Shown here in pieces: positions 27,364-37,193 of a DNA stretch of 64,000 nt. A program made the translations under genes and the position numbers. Source of the stretch: Candidatus Woesearchaeota archaeon (lineage in GTDB: Archaea > Nanobdellota > Nanobdellia > Woesearchaeales > GW2011-AR9). The stretch is from assembly GCA_018696595.1 (NCBI GenBank), contig JABHQW010000003.1:96001-160000 (forward strand), read 5' to 3'. Each line of letters starts with the position of its first letter. Positions within the stretch are counted from its first letter, which is position 1. The notes beneath the pieces were generated by a model. The model was not told where the DNA came from. It saw only the letters and a list, made by a program, of their open reading frames with translations, and did no database searches.

Positions 27364-28071
27364 ATGGAAAGAGTTCAAAAGATATTATCCAATCGAGGCT
27401 TTTGTTCAAGAAGGAAAGCAGAACAGTTAATTAAAGAAGGAAGAGTTAAAGTTAATGGTAAAACTATCTCGATTGGCGATCAGGCTACAAACAAAAGTAA
27501 GATTACAGTAGATAATGATCCAATCGATAAGCCGAGAAGGATTTATTTAATGTTTAACAAACCTAATAAATGTATAACTGCTTTAACAGATCCAGAATTA
27601 CCAACAGTAATGGAATATATTGACATTCCTGAAAGAGTTTTTCCAGTAGGAAGATTAGATTATAACACCACTGGATTACTTTTATTAACAAATGATGGAG
27701 ATTTTGCTAACAGAGTTATGCATCCTCGAAATGAAGTCAAGAAAACTTATCAAGTTAAATTAACTTCAACTATTACAGATGATCAACTTAGACAAGCTCG
27801 TGAAGGGATTGATTTAAGAGATGGTACAACTAGACCGGCAAGAATTAAAAAGTACGATAGAACATTCTTCGACATCGTTATCCATGAAGGAAAGAATCAA
27901 ATCATTAAAAGAATGTTTAAGAAAATGGGTTTCAGAGTTAAATCTTTGAAACGGGTTGCTATTGGAAGATTAACTTTAGGAAAATTAAAGCCCGGTGAAT
28001 TCAAAGAGTTAACTAAAAAAGAAATTGATCGAATCTTTGTTAAAATTGTAATCCCAAAAGTAAAAAGATAA
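27364..28071 (+). CDS. RsuA/RluB-family rRNA pseudouridine synthase
   Basis: S4 domain (RVQKILSNRGFCSRRKAE), catalytic VGRLDYNTTGLLLLTNDG, EGKNQIIKRM. Confidence 0.92.
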   Translation: MERVQKILSNRGFCSRRKAEQLIKEGRVKVNGKTISIGDQATNKSKITVDNDPIDKPRRIYLMFNKPNKCITALTDPELPTVMEYIDIPERVFPVGRLDYNTTGLLLLTNDGDFANRVMHPRNEVKKTYQVKLTSTITDDQLRQAREGIDLRDGTTRPARIKKYDRTFFDIVIHEGKNQIIKRMFKKMGFRVKSLKRVAIGRLTLGKLKPGEFKELTKKEIDRIFVKIVIPKVKR

Positions 28072-28087
28072 AGTAATAGAGTCTTTA

Positions 28088-28453
28088 TTAAGGGTTAGTT
28101 GTTCTTCCATTAATTGATCTTAATGCATCTTCTAACTGACGGACATATACAAGTTTAAGATTTTTATCAAACAAGTTCTTTATGTCTGTTGGAGTTGGAC
28201 CTCCTCCTCTACTAATTGCTATAAAGTAACTCCAAGGTTGTTCTTCTTTTAATTGACGAACATCATCAAATCCAACATTAGATAAATGTAAAACATACAG
28301 ATCATAATCTCTTGGAAGACGATCTACCCTCAGTTGATGAGAAACCCTTAGTTCAATTGGAATATTGGTCTCATCAGAAGCTAACCTTAATGATCCCGCA
28401 ATCTTTTCTCCAACTCTAGAAGAATCTACCAGATATACTTTCTTCTCACCCAT
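28088..28453 (-). CDS. hypothetical, possible pseudo-receiver (REC-like) domain
   Basis: KVYLVDSS...YDLYVLHLS...FIAIS follows the REC strand pattern with His at the phospho-Asp position. Confidence 0.4.
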   Translation of the reverse strand: MGEKKVYLVDSSRVGEKIAGSLRLASDETNIPIELRVSHQLRVDRLPRDYDLYVLHLSNVGFDDVRQLKEEQPWSYFIAISRGGGPTPTDIKNLFDKNLKLVYVRQLEDALRSINGRTTNP

Positions 28454-28455
28454 TA

Positions 28456-29805
28456 CTAATCACTTCTTCGAGTCATTTCTCTAGAACGGTATTGAGAACC
28501 ACCAGATGAAGATGAGTTACTTCTACTTCTGGAACGATTGTATCCACCGCTTCCACCACGACTTCCGCCACGTCCACCATAACCTCTTCCAGCATGATGA
28601 CCGTGTTGGTTTCGATGTCCACGAGTATCTCGATGACCACTAAACCTTCTTCGATTACCGCCATCAGAACTTTCTCGAGGACGAGCATCAAAACTTAACT
28701 TAGGAAAGTCAGGAGCTTCAATTTCGCTGATTTCTAAATCAAATCTGTCAAAGATATTGTTAAAAACTTCATAATCTCGATCACTAAGTAAAGTTATTGC
28801 TTTACCTTGTTCTCCAGCACGAGCAGTTCTACCAATTCTGTGAACATACTCTTGTGGGTCTTTGGACAAGTCATAATTAAAAACGTGTGTTACGCCTTTA
28901 ATATCTAACCCACGAGCAGCAACAGCAGAAGCAACTAAAACATTTAACTTATCTTTGTTAAATCTTTCAATAACATTTAACCGTTTATTCTGACTCATTT
29001 TACCGTGAATCATTTCTGCTTTAATACCTTGTGCTTTCAAGTTAGGTGTTAACATTTCTACTGTTGAACGAGATGAACAGAAAATCATTACTCGATCAGT
29101 TTCTTCCGACTTAATCAAATGTACTAACAAAGAGAACTTTTGATTATGTGGAATATTGTAATAATGTTGCTCCAAAAATTCTTGCTTAACATGTTTGTCT
29201 GCTTCAGCTACAACAGGATTTTTCATGTGAGTTTTCTTAATATGTTCAATCTCATTAGAAATTGTTGCACCGAACAATAAAATCTGTCTTCCTTCAGGAG
29301 TTTCAGATAAAATCAGTTCAATATCTTCAACAAAACCCATTTCTACCATCTTATCTGCTTCATCTAAAACAAAACAGTTTACATTAGAAAAATTAACATT
29401 TCTTCTATTTAAATGGTCTAATAATCTTCCAGGTGTAGAGACAACAATGTCTGCTTTTCTCATTTCTCTAACTTGCGGATCTAAAGCAACTCCACCGTAA
29501 ACAGTAGCAATGTTACATCTTTTATACTTAGAAAATTTCTTTAATTCATTAGCAATTTGTACCGCCAATTCTCTAACTGGTGATAAAATTACAACTTGTA
29601 ATCCTTGTCCAGGTTTTACGTTATCAATTACAGGAACTCCAAAAGCTACTGTTTTTCCTGATCCAGTGTAAGACATTCCAATAACATCTTTTCCTTCCAA
29701 GATTAATGGGATTGCCATCTCTTGAATTTTTGTAGGGTTAACAACACCTTGTTCTTCCAACGCTTTGCTAACTTCTGTACTTACTTTTATATCTTTAAAT
29801 AACAT
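28456..29805 (-). CDS. DEAD-box RNA helicase with RG/RS-rich tail
   Basis: TGSGKT, VLDEADKM, HRIGRTARAG; C-terminal GRGYGGRGGSRGG. Confidence 0.93.
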   Translation of the reverse strand: MLFKDIKVSTEVSKALEEQGVVNPTKIQEMAIPLILEGKDVIGMSYTGSGKTVAFGVPVIDNVKPGQGLQVVILSPVRELAVQIANELKKFSKYKRCNIATVYGGVALDPQVREMRKADIVVSTPGRLLDHLNRRNVNFSNVNCFVLDEADKMVEMGFVEDIELILSETPEGRQILLFGATISNEIEHIKKTHMKNPVVAEADKHVKQEFLEQHYYNIPHNQKFSLLVHLIKSEETDRVMIFCSSRSTVEMLTPNLKAQGIKAEMIHGKMSQNKRLNVIERFNKDKLNVLVASAVAARGLDIKGVTHVFNYDLSKDPQEYVHRIGRTARAGEQGKAITLLSDRDYEVFNNIFDRFDLEISEIEAPDFPKLSFDARPRESSDGGNRRRFSGHRDTRGHRNQHGHHAGRGYGGRGGSRGGSGGYNRSRSRSNSSSSGGSQYRSREMTRRSD

Positions 29806-30128
29806 TTTATTTATTTCTCCTTGAACAAACTCTAATTTACTTAACCTTTTAGTTTAAATAATTTGAAACAGAATGAGTATAAAATACGAGTATAAACTCT
29901 CTGCTTCCGCCTATTCAATAATACTATTTATTTAAACGGGGAGTTTATAAATGTTTGCAAATAAAATCCTATTTTTAACTTAATTCTTATCTCAGGTAAT
30001 AAGTCATTAATATTGGATTTATGTCAAAAAACCAAAAAAACAATCATTTGTGCCACAGCCTTTTTATATGAAAATAAGATTAGTTAATAATCATTAAATG
30101 AAGAAATATTAATTATGGAGGAATAAAT

Positions 30129-30518
30129 ATGATTGAAAAAGTAAGGTTGGCATCAGGAGGAACTGCTGTTTCTCCATTATACGTCCAGAGAGATGAACAA
30201 GGTTATCGGGCAGGATTAAGACCGGAGGATGTTAACGGTATTCCTGCAGAAAATACGGTTTATCAAATGTTCCTTGCAGAAAGAAGAAGGATGTCAGGAT
30301 ATGATACGGGTCATTCCAGAATGGGATTAGATCAATTAACTGATTTTATATTAGGTGGAAGATCCCCACAAGGACTAATGGAATTAATTGCAGAAACTAT
30401 GGTGGAAGTTACATCCAAATTAGAAAAACCAGAAGAAGAATTAGAAAAGTGGGAAATAGTAGATTATACACTTGGAACCCTACTAACGAAGCAATACAAA
30501 CCAGAATTATTAAATTAA
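30129..30518 (+). CDS. hypothetical protein
   Basis: 129-aa ORF with GGAGG SD. Confidence 0.6.
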   Translation: MIEKVRLASGGTAVSPLYVQRDEQGYRAGLRPEDVNGIPAENTVYQMFLAERRRMSGYDTGHSRMGLDQLTDFILGGRSPQGLMELIAETMVEVTSKLEKPEEELEKWEIVDYTLGTLLTKQYKPELLN

Positions 30519-30521
30519 TTT

Positions 30522-31157
30522 TTATTTCTTTATTTCTCTTAGTGCATGATGCGCTTCAACAAGATTCTTTTCTTCAACATATACCAAAATGTCTGGCATA
30601 CTAATTATTGTTTCAAAAATATTAATATCTCTTGTAGCCAATTCCGAAGTAATTCTAGAAATCACACCTTTAACTTTAGTAAAATCAGCTGGAAAATGTA
30701 ATCTTATTTCAGAAAGGTTATCATTAACACTAAGAATATCTGCTAGCCTAAATAAATCTAACTTCTTTTTAAGATCCTTTTTATTAATAATTAATGATAA
30801 AAATTCTTTTCCCTTAACAATCCTAAAATTATCTTTAAGAATCTTTTTATTTAAGAAATCTTCACAAACCTCTTTAAATGATCGATCCTTTAATGTAATC
30901 CTAGCAACATTATCTTTAGTAAAGATAGACATATTTTGAAAAACTTTATCTGCTTTACTAGAACCAAGAATAGAAAACTCATCTAGGTCAAATCTCCTAA
31001 TTGCACTAATAACTGCATCTAAAGAATAAGCCAAACCATATTCGCTTATTAAGTATTTAGCTAAAGAACGAATATTAATTATTTCCCGTTTCAACGATTT
31101 CTGAATGGAAATATGTTTGTTGATGATGTTATGAACTTCTTGATTAACAGATTTCAT
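30522..31157 (-). CDS. ACT-domain regulatory protein (archaeal)
   Basis: IINIRSLAKY...AVISAIRR N-terminal helix; C-terminal KGVISRITSELATRDINI. Confidence 0.7.
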   Translation of the reverse strand: MKSVNQEVHNIINKHISIQKSLKREIINIRSLAKYLISEYGLAYSLDAVISAIRRFDLDEFSILGSSKADKVFQNMSIFTKDNVARITLKDRSFKEVCEDFLNKKILKDNFRIVKGKEFLSLIINKKDLKKKLDLFRLADILSVNDNLSEIRLHFPADFTKVKGVISRITSELATRDINIFETIISMPDILVYVEEKNLVEAHHALREIKK

Positions 31158-31220
31158 ATATTTAAGAAATATTTTAATGTTTAAAAATCTTTATATATCT
31201 TACAAAAACTAACAACACTT

Positions 31221-32192
31221 ATGAAACAAACAATCCTAAAAACTCTTAAACAAAACTTACAATATCAAGAAGGTGAGAAAGTAGCAATTATTTATCAAGA
31301 ATGGGATGATTCCTTTGATAATTCTTTAAAACAAAACTTTGACAATTCTAAAATAGTTTCAGAAGAAATGTATAAAGTATTCAAAGAAAATAATATTAAT
31401 ACAAAATTGCTTTCTTACATTCCAGAAGAAGCTAGAAGTGGTGTTGATGCACCTAAAGAAATCTATGAAAAAGCAAAAGACAAAGACATAATCTTCATGC
31501 CAACAGTATTCTCTTTAACACATACAGATTTTACCAATAAACAAAAAGAAAGAGGAGCAAGACTTGCCAGCATGCCCAAATTCGCTTTAGATTGGTTTGA
31601 GACTTCTGGACCAATGGACGTCAATATGAAAAAGATAATTGCTCTAACAAAAGAATATAGTGATAAAATGAGAAACTCTTCTTCTGTTACAATTAAAGCA
31701 GCAGAAACAGAGATTGTAATTGAGATTAATAATAATTTAGTTCATGAGAGTAATGGTATCATTCCAAAAGGTGAATGTGGGAATCTTCCTGGAGCAGAAT
31801 CTTTCTGTGTTCCCAAAAATGCTAACGGTTATTTCACTATTTTCAAGGGTTGGGGTGGACCTTTTCCTTTAGAACATAACATAAGGTTCATTGTAGAAGA
31901 TTGTAAGATTATCAGATTAGAATGTTCTAACGAAAAATACTTAGAGAAAGTTAAACCCTTAATCTTTAAAGAAAAAAACTTTAATGTCTTAGCAGAGTTT
32001 GGCATTGGTACAAATCCGAACGTTACTAAAGAATCTCTAAAAAAGTATGGCTGGTCTGGCTTGTTAGCAGAAAAAATTTACGGCACAGTTCACTTCGCTA
32101 ACGGCAATAGCGCAGGAATGGGTGGCGATAACAATGTTCCCGTACATCTTGATTGGGTTATTGAGAATGCTAAGATAGAATGGGAAAAATAA
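31221..32192 (+). CDS. M29 thermophilic metalloprotease / aminopeptidase
   Basis: GNLPGAESF, LAEFGIGTNP, EKIYGTVHFANG, HLDWV. Confidence 0.85.
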   Translation: MKQTILKTLKQNLQYQEGEKVAIIYQEWDDSFDNSLKQNFDNSKIVSEEMYKVFKENNINTKLLSYIPEEARSGVDAPKEIYEKAKDKDIIFMPTVFSLTHTDFTNKQKERGARLASMPKFALDWFETSGPMDVNMKKIIALTKEYSDKMRNSSSVTIKAAETEIVIEINNNLVHESNGIIPKGECGNLPGAESFCVPKNANGYFTIFKGWGGPFPLEHNIRFIVEDCKIIRLECSNEKYLEKVKPLIFKEKNFNVLAEFGIGTNPNVTKESLKKYGWSGLLAEKIYGTVHFANGNSAGMGGDNNVPVHLDWVIENAKIEWEK

Positions 32193-32212
32193 AAATAAGA
32201 AAGAAATAAGAT

Positions 32213-34543
32213 TTACCCTTCAACCACCCAAACTTTAACAGTGAAAGGTTCTTGCTCAACAGGATCTTCAGTTACTAGAACTTCTCCAGCAGGAACGTTA
32301 ACAATCCATTCTTTTGAAATTGAGTCACGGCCATCTGAAACTGTTAATTTAACTTTCTTCTTCCCACCACTAGTAAATGTTCTAGTAATTGTGTCTGTAC
32401 CTTTAACTGTCTGCTGTCTTAATCCAAGATCCCATTCGTAAGTTAACTTGTCCCCATCTAAATCTTTAGCAACAACATGAAAAATTATTTCTTCACCAAC
32501 CTGAGCAGTAGTTTCTTCTACAGGAATGTAATCTAGGATTTCAGGCACACGATTAGTATTCTTAATGATGACTTTAACAGGATGAACAACTTCAACTTCA
32601 CCATCAGCGGCAACAAAACTTAACCACTGTTCTGTTTGTTCATCACTAAATCTTTTATTCAGATATGATGATCCAGCAACAAAATTACTCCACCAACCAT
32701 CTGTTTTATTCATAACATAATTGTAACCGGGTTGCCATAAAAACACACCATCATTAAAAGATGCTCCAGGTGGAATGTTATCCAGTCTAATTTCTAACTC
32801 ATCTTCAGAATCAGGATCAGACGCAGAAACAACAAACATAAACTGTTGGTTTTCATTAACCACTAAAACATCTTTCTTAATCTTCAAACTAGGTTCACGG
32901 TTATTTTTAAGAACATCAATATCTACTGTCTGAGTGTTTCCAATCTTACCATCAGTTGCAGTAACAAAAACAACTTGTGTCCCCTCATCTTCATAATCAG
33001 TTTGCCATTCACCAGTTCGTTTCCCGGTAGGTTTACTATAATAAACATTAACGATATCACCATCAGGATCAATAGCTTCTGCAGTCAACTCAGCAAGTTC
33101 AGTTTCAGTAATAGTAACATCATCTAACTTACTAAACTCTGGCATTCTGTTAACATTGTAAACATACAAATCAACAGTTCCAACAGTACATAACTCTTTA
33201 CCACAAGCAGTTACTTCTAAAGGGACCATTCTTTTTTTCAAAAATAAATGTTCTAATCTTAACTTGTTCAAAACATTACTCCACCATTTACCGCTTCTTT
33301 TAATATAATCAAATGAAGGAGTCCATTCTAACACTTCTCCATCAAATTCTGCATCTGCTGGAAGGTTATGAATAGAAACTTTTACTTTGTCCCCATCAGG
33401 ATCAGAAGTCTCAACAGCCCAAGACATTTCTTCATTCTCATTAGCATATAATTTCTCAGGTAGAACCAAATCGGGAGTTCGATCAACATCAATAACTTTA
33501 ATTTCGACAACTCTTTTAATAATAAACTCGCCATCAGAAGCAGTAACATCTAATTTGTAAGTTCCTGCATCTTCGTAACCTGTTTGCCACTCTCCTTCAT
33601 CGTTCAAAGGAGTTTCAAAAGAATAACTTAAATCGTCTCCATCTTGATCTACATCAGGAAGATCTAAATAAGCGTTCTCTCCTTCTTTAACAGTTACAGG
33701 AAGAACAGTTAAATCTGGTTTTCTGTTTACATGTTCAACTTCAATGGTCCATTCTTTTTCTGTGTTAGAACTTCCATCACTAACAGTTAACTTTAAAGTA
33801 TGAGTTCCAGAAGAGTCAAAGTCAAAATAATACTTACCAGAAGATTCTTCGCCAATCGTTTCTTGATCTAATTGCCAAAGATAAGTTACTTCTTCTTTAT
33901 CATTATCTGTTGCTTGAACATAAAAAGATAGTTTCTCATCTTCTTTAACAGCAACAACTTTACCATCAGAAAAAGTGTCTACAATCTCAGGAGCTTGATT
34001 AGTGTTAAGCACATCTACCCCTACTCTAAAGTTTTGGTTAAATTCTCCATCACTAACTTTAAACTCGGCAACATAACTTCCAGCATTATTATATCCTGGA
34101 CTCCAGACACCATCTTTATCAAACGGTGCAGAAAAAACATAATTTAACGGGTCCCCATCAGGATCAGAGACCAAATCTTTCAAATCAATAATTTGTGTTT
34201 CTTTAACTGAAACTTTCTCTTCAGTTAAGTAAGGAGCTTGATTTTTATTTTCAATAACAATTTTTACAGTCTTAACTACTTGGTTAACACCATCAGAAAC
34301 AGTAACATCAACATCATACTCTCCAGCGTCATCATAACCAGTTTGCCATTCACCATTGTCATCTAAGGGGGTACTATAATAATAGAATAGCTTGTCTCCA
34401 TCGACATCTAAAGCTTCGGCTTTAACTTTCACTAAATCTGTTTCTTTAACAGTAAAAGTTTTAACAGCAGCAGTAGCAAAAGCTGTCAGTAAGAGTAATA
34501 CTAATAGTCCAGAGAGAATCAATGTTATTTTTTTGTTTACCAT
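32213..34543 (-). CDS. secreted surface protein with tandem Ig/cadherin-like and PKD repeats
   Basis: Signal peptide; repeated D.DGD.L.Y...P....GEWQT.Y.DAG.Y...VT.SDG and N..P linkers. Confidence 0.8.
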   Translation of the reverse strand: MVNKKITLILSGLLVLLLLTAFATAAVKTFTVKETDLVKVKAEALDVDGDKLFYYYSTPLDDNGEWQTGYDDAGEYDVDVTVSDGVNQVVKTVKIVIENKNQAPYLTEEKVSVKETQIIDLKDLVSDPDGDPLNYVFSAPFDKDGVWSPGYNNAGSYVAEFKVSDGEFNQNFRVGVDVLNTNQAPEIVDTFSDGKVVAVKEDEKLSFYVQATDNDKEEVTYLWQLDQETIGEESSGKYYFDFDSSGTHTLKLTVSDGSSNTEKEWTIEVEHVNRKPDLTVLPVTVKEGENAYLDLPDVDQDGDDLSYSFETPLNDEGEWQTGYEDAGTYKLDVTASDGEFIIKRVVEIKVIDVDRTPDLVLPEKLYANENEEMSWAVETSDPDGDKVKVSIHNLPADAEFDGEVLEWTPSFDYIKRSGKWWSNVLNKLRLEHLFLKKRMVPLEVTACGKELCTVGTVDLYVYNVNRMPEFSKLDDVTITETELAELTAEAIDPDGDIVNVYYSKPTGKRTGEWQTDYEDEGTQVVFVTATDGKIGNTQTVDIDVLKNNREPSLKIKKDVLVVNENQQFMFVVSASDPDSEDELEIRLDNIPPGASFNDGVFLWQPGYNYVMNKTDGWWSNFVAGSSYLNKRFSDEQTEQWLSFVAADGEVEVVHPVKVIIKNTNRVPEILDYIPVEETTAQVGEEIIFHVVAKDLDGDKLTYEWDLGLRQQTVKGTDTITRTFTSGGKKKVKLTVSDGRDSISKEWIVNVPAGEVLVTEDPVEQEPFTVKVWVVEG

Positions 34544-34597
34544 TTTTTAGGTCAATTGTTTTTGATCAATATAAAAAAGTAAAAAAGTAAAAAAAAA

Positions 34598-35620
34598 TTA
34601 ATTTAAGGAAACATCAACGATTACTGGTGGCATGTTTACATCTTCTACGGTAACTGCAACTTTCTTAGTTACAGTGTCCTTACCATCATTGATAGTAATT
34701 ACAACAACATATTCACCATGATCAGTGTATCCAGTTTCCCAAACACCATCGCTACCAACAGGTTCGCTAATAGTAATAGTTAAGTCATCATTGTCTAGAT
34801 CGCTTACAACAGGTTTAACTTCAACAATTTCTCCTTCCTTAACTACAAGATCAACTAAGCCAGTAACTTCAGGTAATTCATTAACATCAGTAATAGTTAA
34901 CTTGAATACTTTTTCAGTTTCTAATTCACCATCAGAAGCTAATACTCTAACTTGGTATTCTCCTGCACTATTATGATCAGTAACTAAGTTTCCACTTTTT
35001 AACGGTTCACTAACAGTTACAGAAACAGCATCTCCGTTAGGATCTGATACTTTAGGTTCAAAGCTTACAGTGTCTCCTTCATCAACTAAAAGGTCTTTAA
35101 CACCTGTAACAACAGGAGCAACGTTAACTCTTTCTACAACAATTTTAATTTTCTTTTCAGTTGTTAATTTTCCATCAGTTGCAGTAATAGTAATAACATA
35201 CTCACCAGCGTCTCCGTAATTGGTTTGCCATTCGCCTTCCTTGTTTAAAGGCTTACTAAATGTATGAGTTACAACATCCTGATCTGGGTCTGTTACTTTA
35301 ACATTTAAGTTTACTAACTCGTTCTCTTTAACGTAAACTGCATCCATGTCTGATTCATAAACATCAACATTTTCAGGTTCTTCGGTAAGTTCAGGCAAGA
35401 TTATTTCTTCCTCAACACTATTAACTTCTTCTTCAACTTCTTCCATAGCTTCTTCTTCTAAATTTAATTCATTCTCAATTTGAGCGATCTCATCAATTAA
35501 GCTAAGATCTTCTGCAGCAACATCATCTGCTGGAATATCATACGCCTTATAATCTAAACATCCTACTAAGAATACAAACATAACTAAAACTGTTAAACTC
35601 ACCATAACTTTTTTTATCAT
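34598..35620 (-). CDS. lipoprotein-like surface protein with three Ig/cadherin-like repeats
   Basis: FLVGC lipobox-like; acidic linker; the same GEWQTNYGDAGEY repeat. Confidence 0.78.
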   Translation of the reverse strand: MIKKVMVSLTVLVMFVFLVGCLDYKAYDIPADDVAAEDLSLIDEIAQIENELNLEEEAMEEVEEEVNSVEEEIILPELTEEPENVDVYESDMDAVYVKENELVNLNVKVTDPDQDVVTHTFSKPLNKEGEWQTNYGDAGEYVITITATDGKLTTEKKIKIVVERVNVAPVVTGVKDLLVDEGDTVSFEPKVSDPNGDAVSVTVSEPLKSGNLVTDHNSAGEYQVRVLASDGELETEKVFKLTITDVNELPEVTGLVDLVVKEGEIVEVKPVVSDLDNDDLTITISEPVGSDGVWETGYTDHGEYVVVITINDGKDTVTKKVAVTVEDVNMPPVIVDVSLN

Positions 35621-35756
35621 TTTAAACTTCCCCCTCTTAAAGACTTCAACAAATATGAGCCTCTTTTCTCGAATTGAGTATTTTAGAATGACAACTCGTA
35701 TTTAAAGATTTATACACAGCAATGTATATTGTAGAGAGTTTATTGTAAGAAAAATG

Positions 35757-35936
35757 TGGCCCCACCGAGACTTTCATAACAGTTCCGCTTTTTCGCAGTG
35801 CGTTGGGCTTTATGTCCAACCCGCTCTTGCGTTTCAAATGAGCGTAACCATTTGTTTGAACTCGGGACCACCCGATTTCTTCCTGAACTAAATTCAGATA
35901 TCAGTCGGGCACTCTACCAAACTAAGCCATGGGGCC
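35757..35936 (-). tRNA. tRNA-Ile(GAU) with two introns (22 nt at 37/38: 35877-35898; 84 nt at 59/60: 35771-35854)
   Basis: Acceptor GGCCCCA/TGGGGCC, D-arm GCTTAGTTTGGTAGAGT, anticodon arm CCCGA-CTGATAA-TCGGG, T-arm CCGAG-TTCAAAT-CTCGG after splicing; mature length 74 nt. Confidence 0.92.
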
Positions 35937-36333
35937 AATAGCCTGTTAAAATTAGAGCTCATTTTTAAAGGTTTTGTTTAATGTTTCTCTATTTGATCAC
36001 AGGATATAAGCCAAGATCAATTTCTCTTCAAAGTAGTACTGAGACAAATCAATAAAAAGTAGTAAAACAGTTTTTCACTTCCAGAATGGTATCAGGTTAG
36101 AGAATATATTTTCAAAACCAACATAATTTATAAAGCAGTTCTTTTTCTGTAAATGTTAGATGGATGTTATCTAACAAAGCCTTGTGCTTTGGAACTGCAT
36201 TTGTAATGAATTTTACAAATACAGTAAAAAAGAGGTGTGATGTTTTTAAAATGAATAAAATTTCTTACAAAGCTGCAATGAGTTGTCATACATTAAACTC
36301 TTTCTTTGAAAGTGAAGAAGAAGAGTAATTTTT

Positions 36334-37143
36334 TTATTTTAATTCTCGATGATAAAATTCTCTAGCCTGTTCAATAGAATGTTCTAAAGTCCCACCAACG
36401 TCCATACTAACTAATTCAACACCTTTGCGTTTAAACACTTCTCTGAAATCTGGACTATCATATTGTTTTTTCAACTTCAACTGAAATTCAAGATTCTCAA
36501 ATTCACAATCATCATCCTTTTCTCTACATTCCAATCTTCTCATAACTTCAGAAACATCTTTAATCGTAGGAATTACTAAAAAGTCCATAGGATGTTCGTA
36601 ACAAAAAGCATTTCCAGGTAATTGCAAAATTTCTTCCATACTAAAATCTCTTCCCAAATCTAAAGCCATTTGTCTTTGATAAACAATACTTGTTGAAAGA
36701 GATCTACTTTGATAAACATCAATACCTGCTTCTAAAATAGGAAGTAATAATTGTTCATATAAAATACGGCGATCTAATGCATAACCATCTGCGACCGCTT
36801 CAGGAGAATAAGTTATACCATTCTTTGCAATTAAATCATCACGAACAACTGCACCAATTCCAACAAATGTTGGTTCAGAAGTAACAATTACATCATACTT
36901 GCCAATAATTTTTTTTGGATCAGGATGGAAGCCAATTACTTTTTCCCAAGAAGGCACTTTTAAACCAACGTAACCCAATAATTTTGAAAGAATAGGATAT
37001 TTGTTTGTCTTCTTGCCCCAGAACTGATCAACATTAAAAACTTTTTTACCCTCTTTAATGGCTTCTTCTACTAAGGTGTCAATGATAACACCTTTACCAC
37101 ATCCATCTAAACCATCAACAACTATGAATCTACCTCTCGCCAT
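36334..37143 (-). CDS. tmk: thymidylate kinase
   Basis: FIVVDGLDGCGKG, TSEPT, YALDRR, QSRSLSTSIVYQ. Confidence 0.82.
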   Translation of the reverse strand: MARGRFIVVDGLDGCGKGVIIDTLVEEAIKEGKKVFNVDQFWGKKTNKYPILSKLLGYVGLKVPSWEKVIGFHPDPKKIIGKYDVIVTSEPTFVGIGAVVRDDLIAKNGITYSPEAVADGYALDRRILYEQLLLPILEAGIDVYQSRSLSTSIVYQRQMALDLGRDFSMEEILQLPGNAFCYEHPMDFLVIPTIKDVSEVMRRLECREKDDDCEFENLEFQLKLKKQYDSPDFREVFKRKGVELVSMDVGGTLEHSIEQAREFYHRELK

Positions 37144-37193
37144 AAAAAAATGAAATCTAAACTAATTAATAAATACATCTATACTGAAAGAGT

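Noticed and set aside
29891-29949. TATAAACTC/GAGTTTATA inverted repeat upstream of the DEAD-box helicase
   Set aside because: One arm is the TATA box itself and the loop is long; cannot be distinguished from chance in AT-rich DNA.
35700-35760. Integrated element at the tRNA-Ile 3' end
   Set aside because: No integrase and no duplicated tRNA 3' fragment in the window.
35771-35854. Box C/D guide RNA inside the tRNA intron
   Set aside because: No RUGAUGA/CUGA box pair found.
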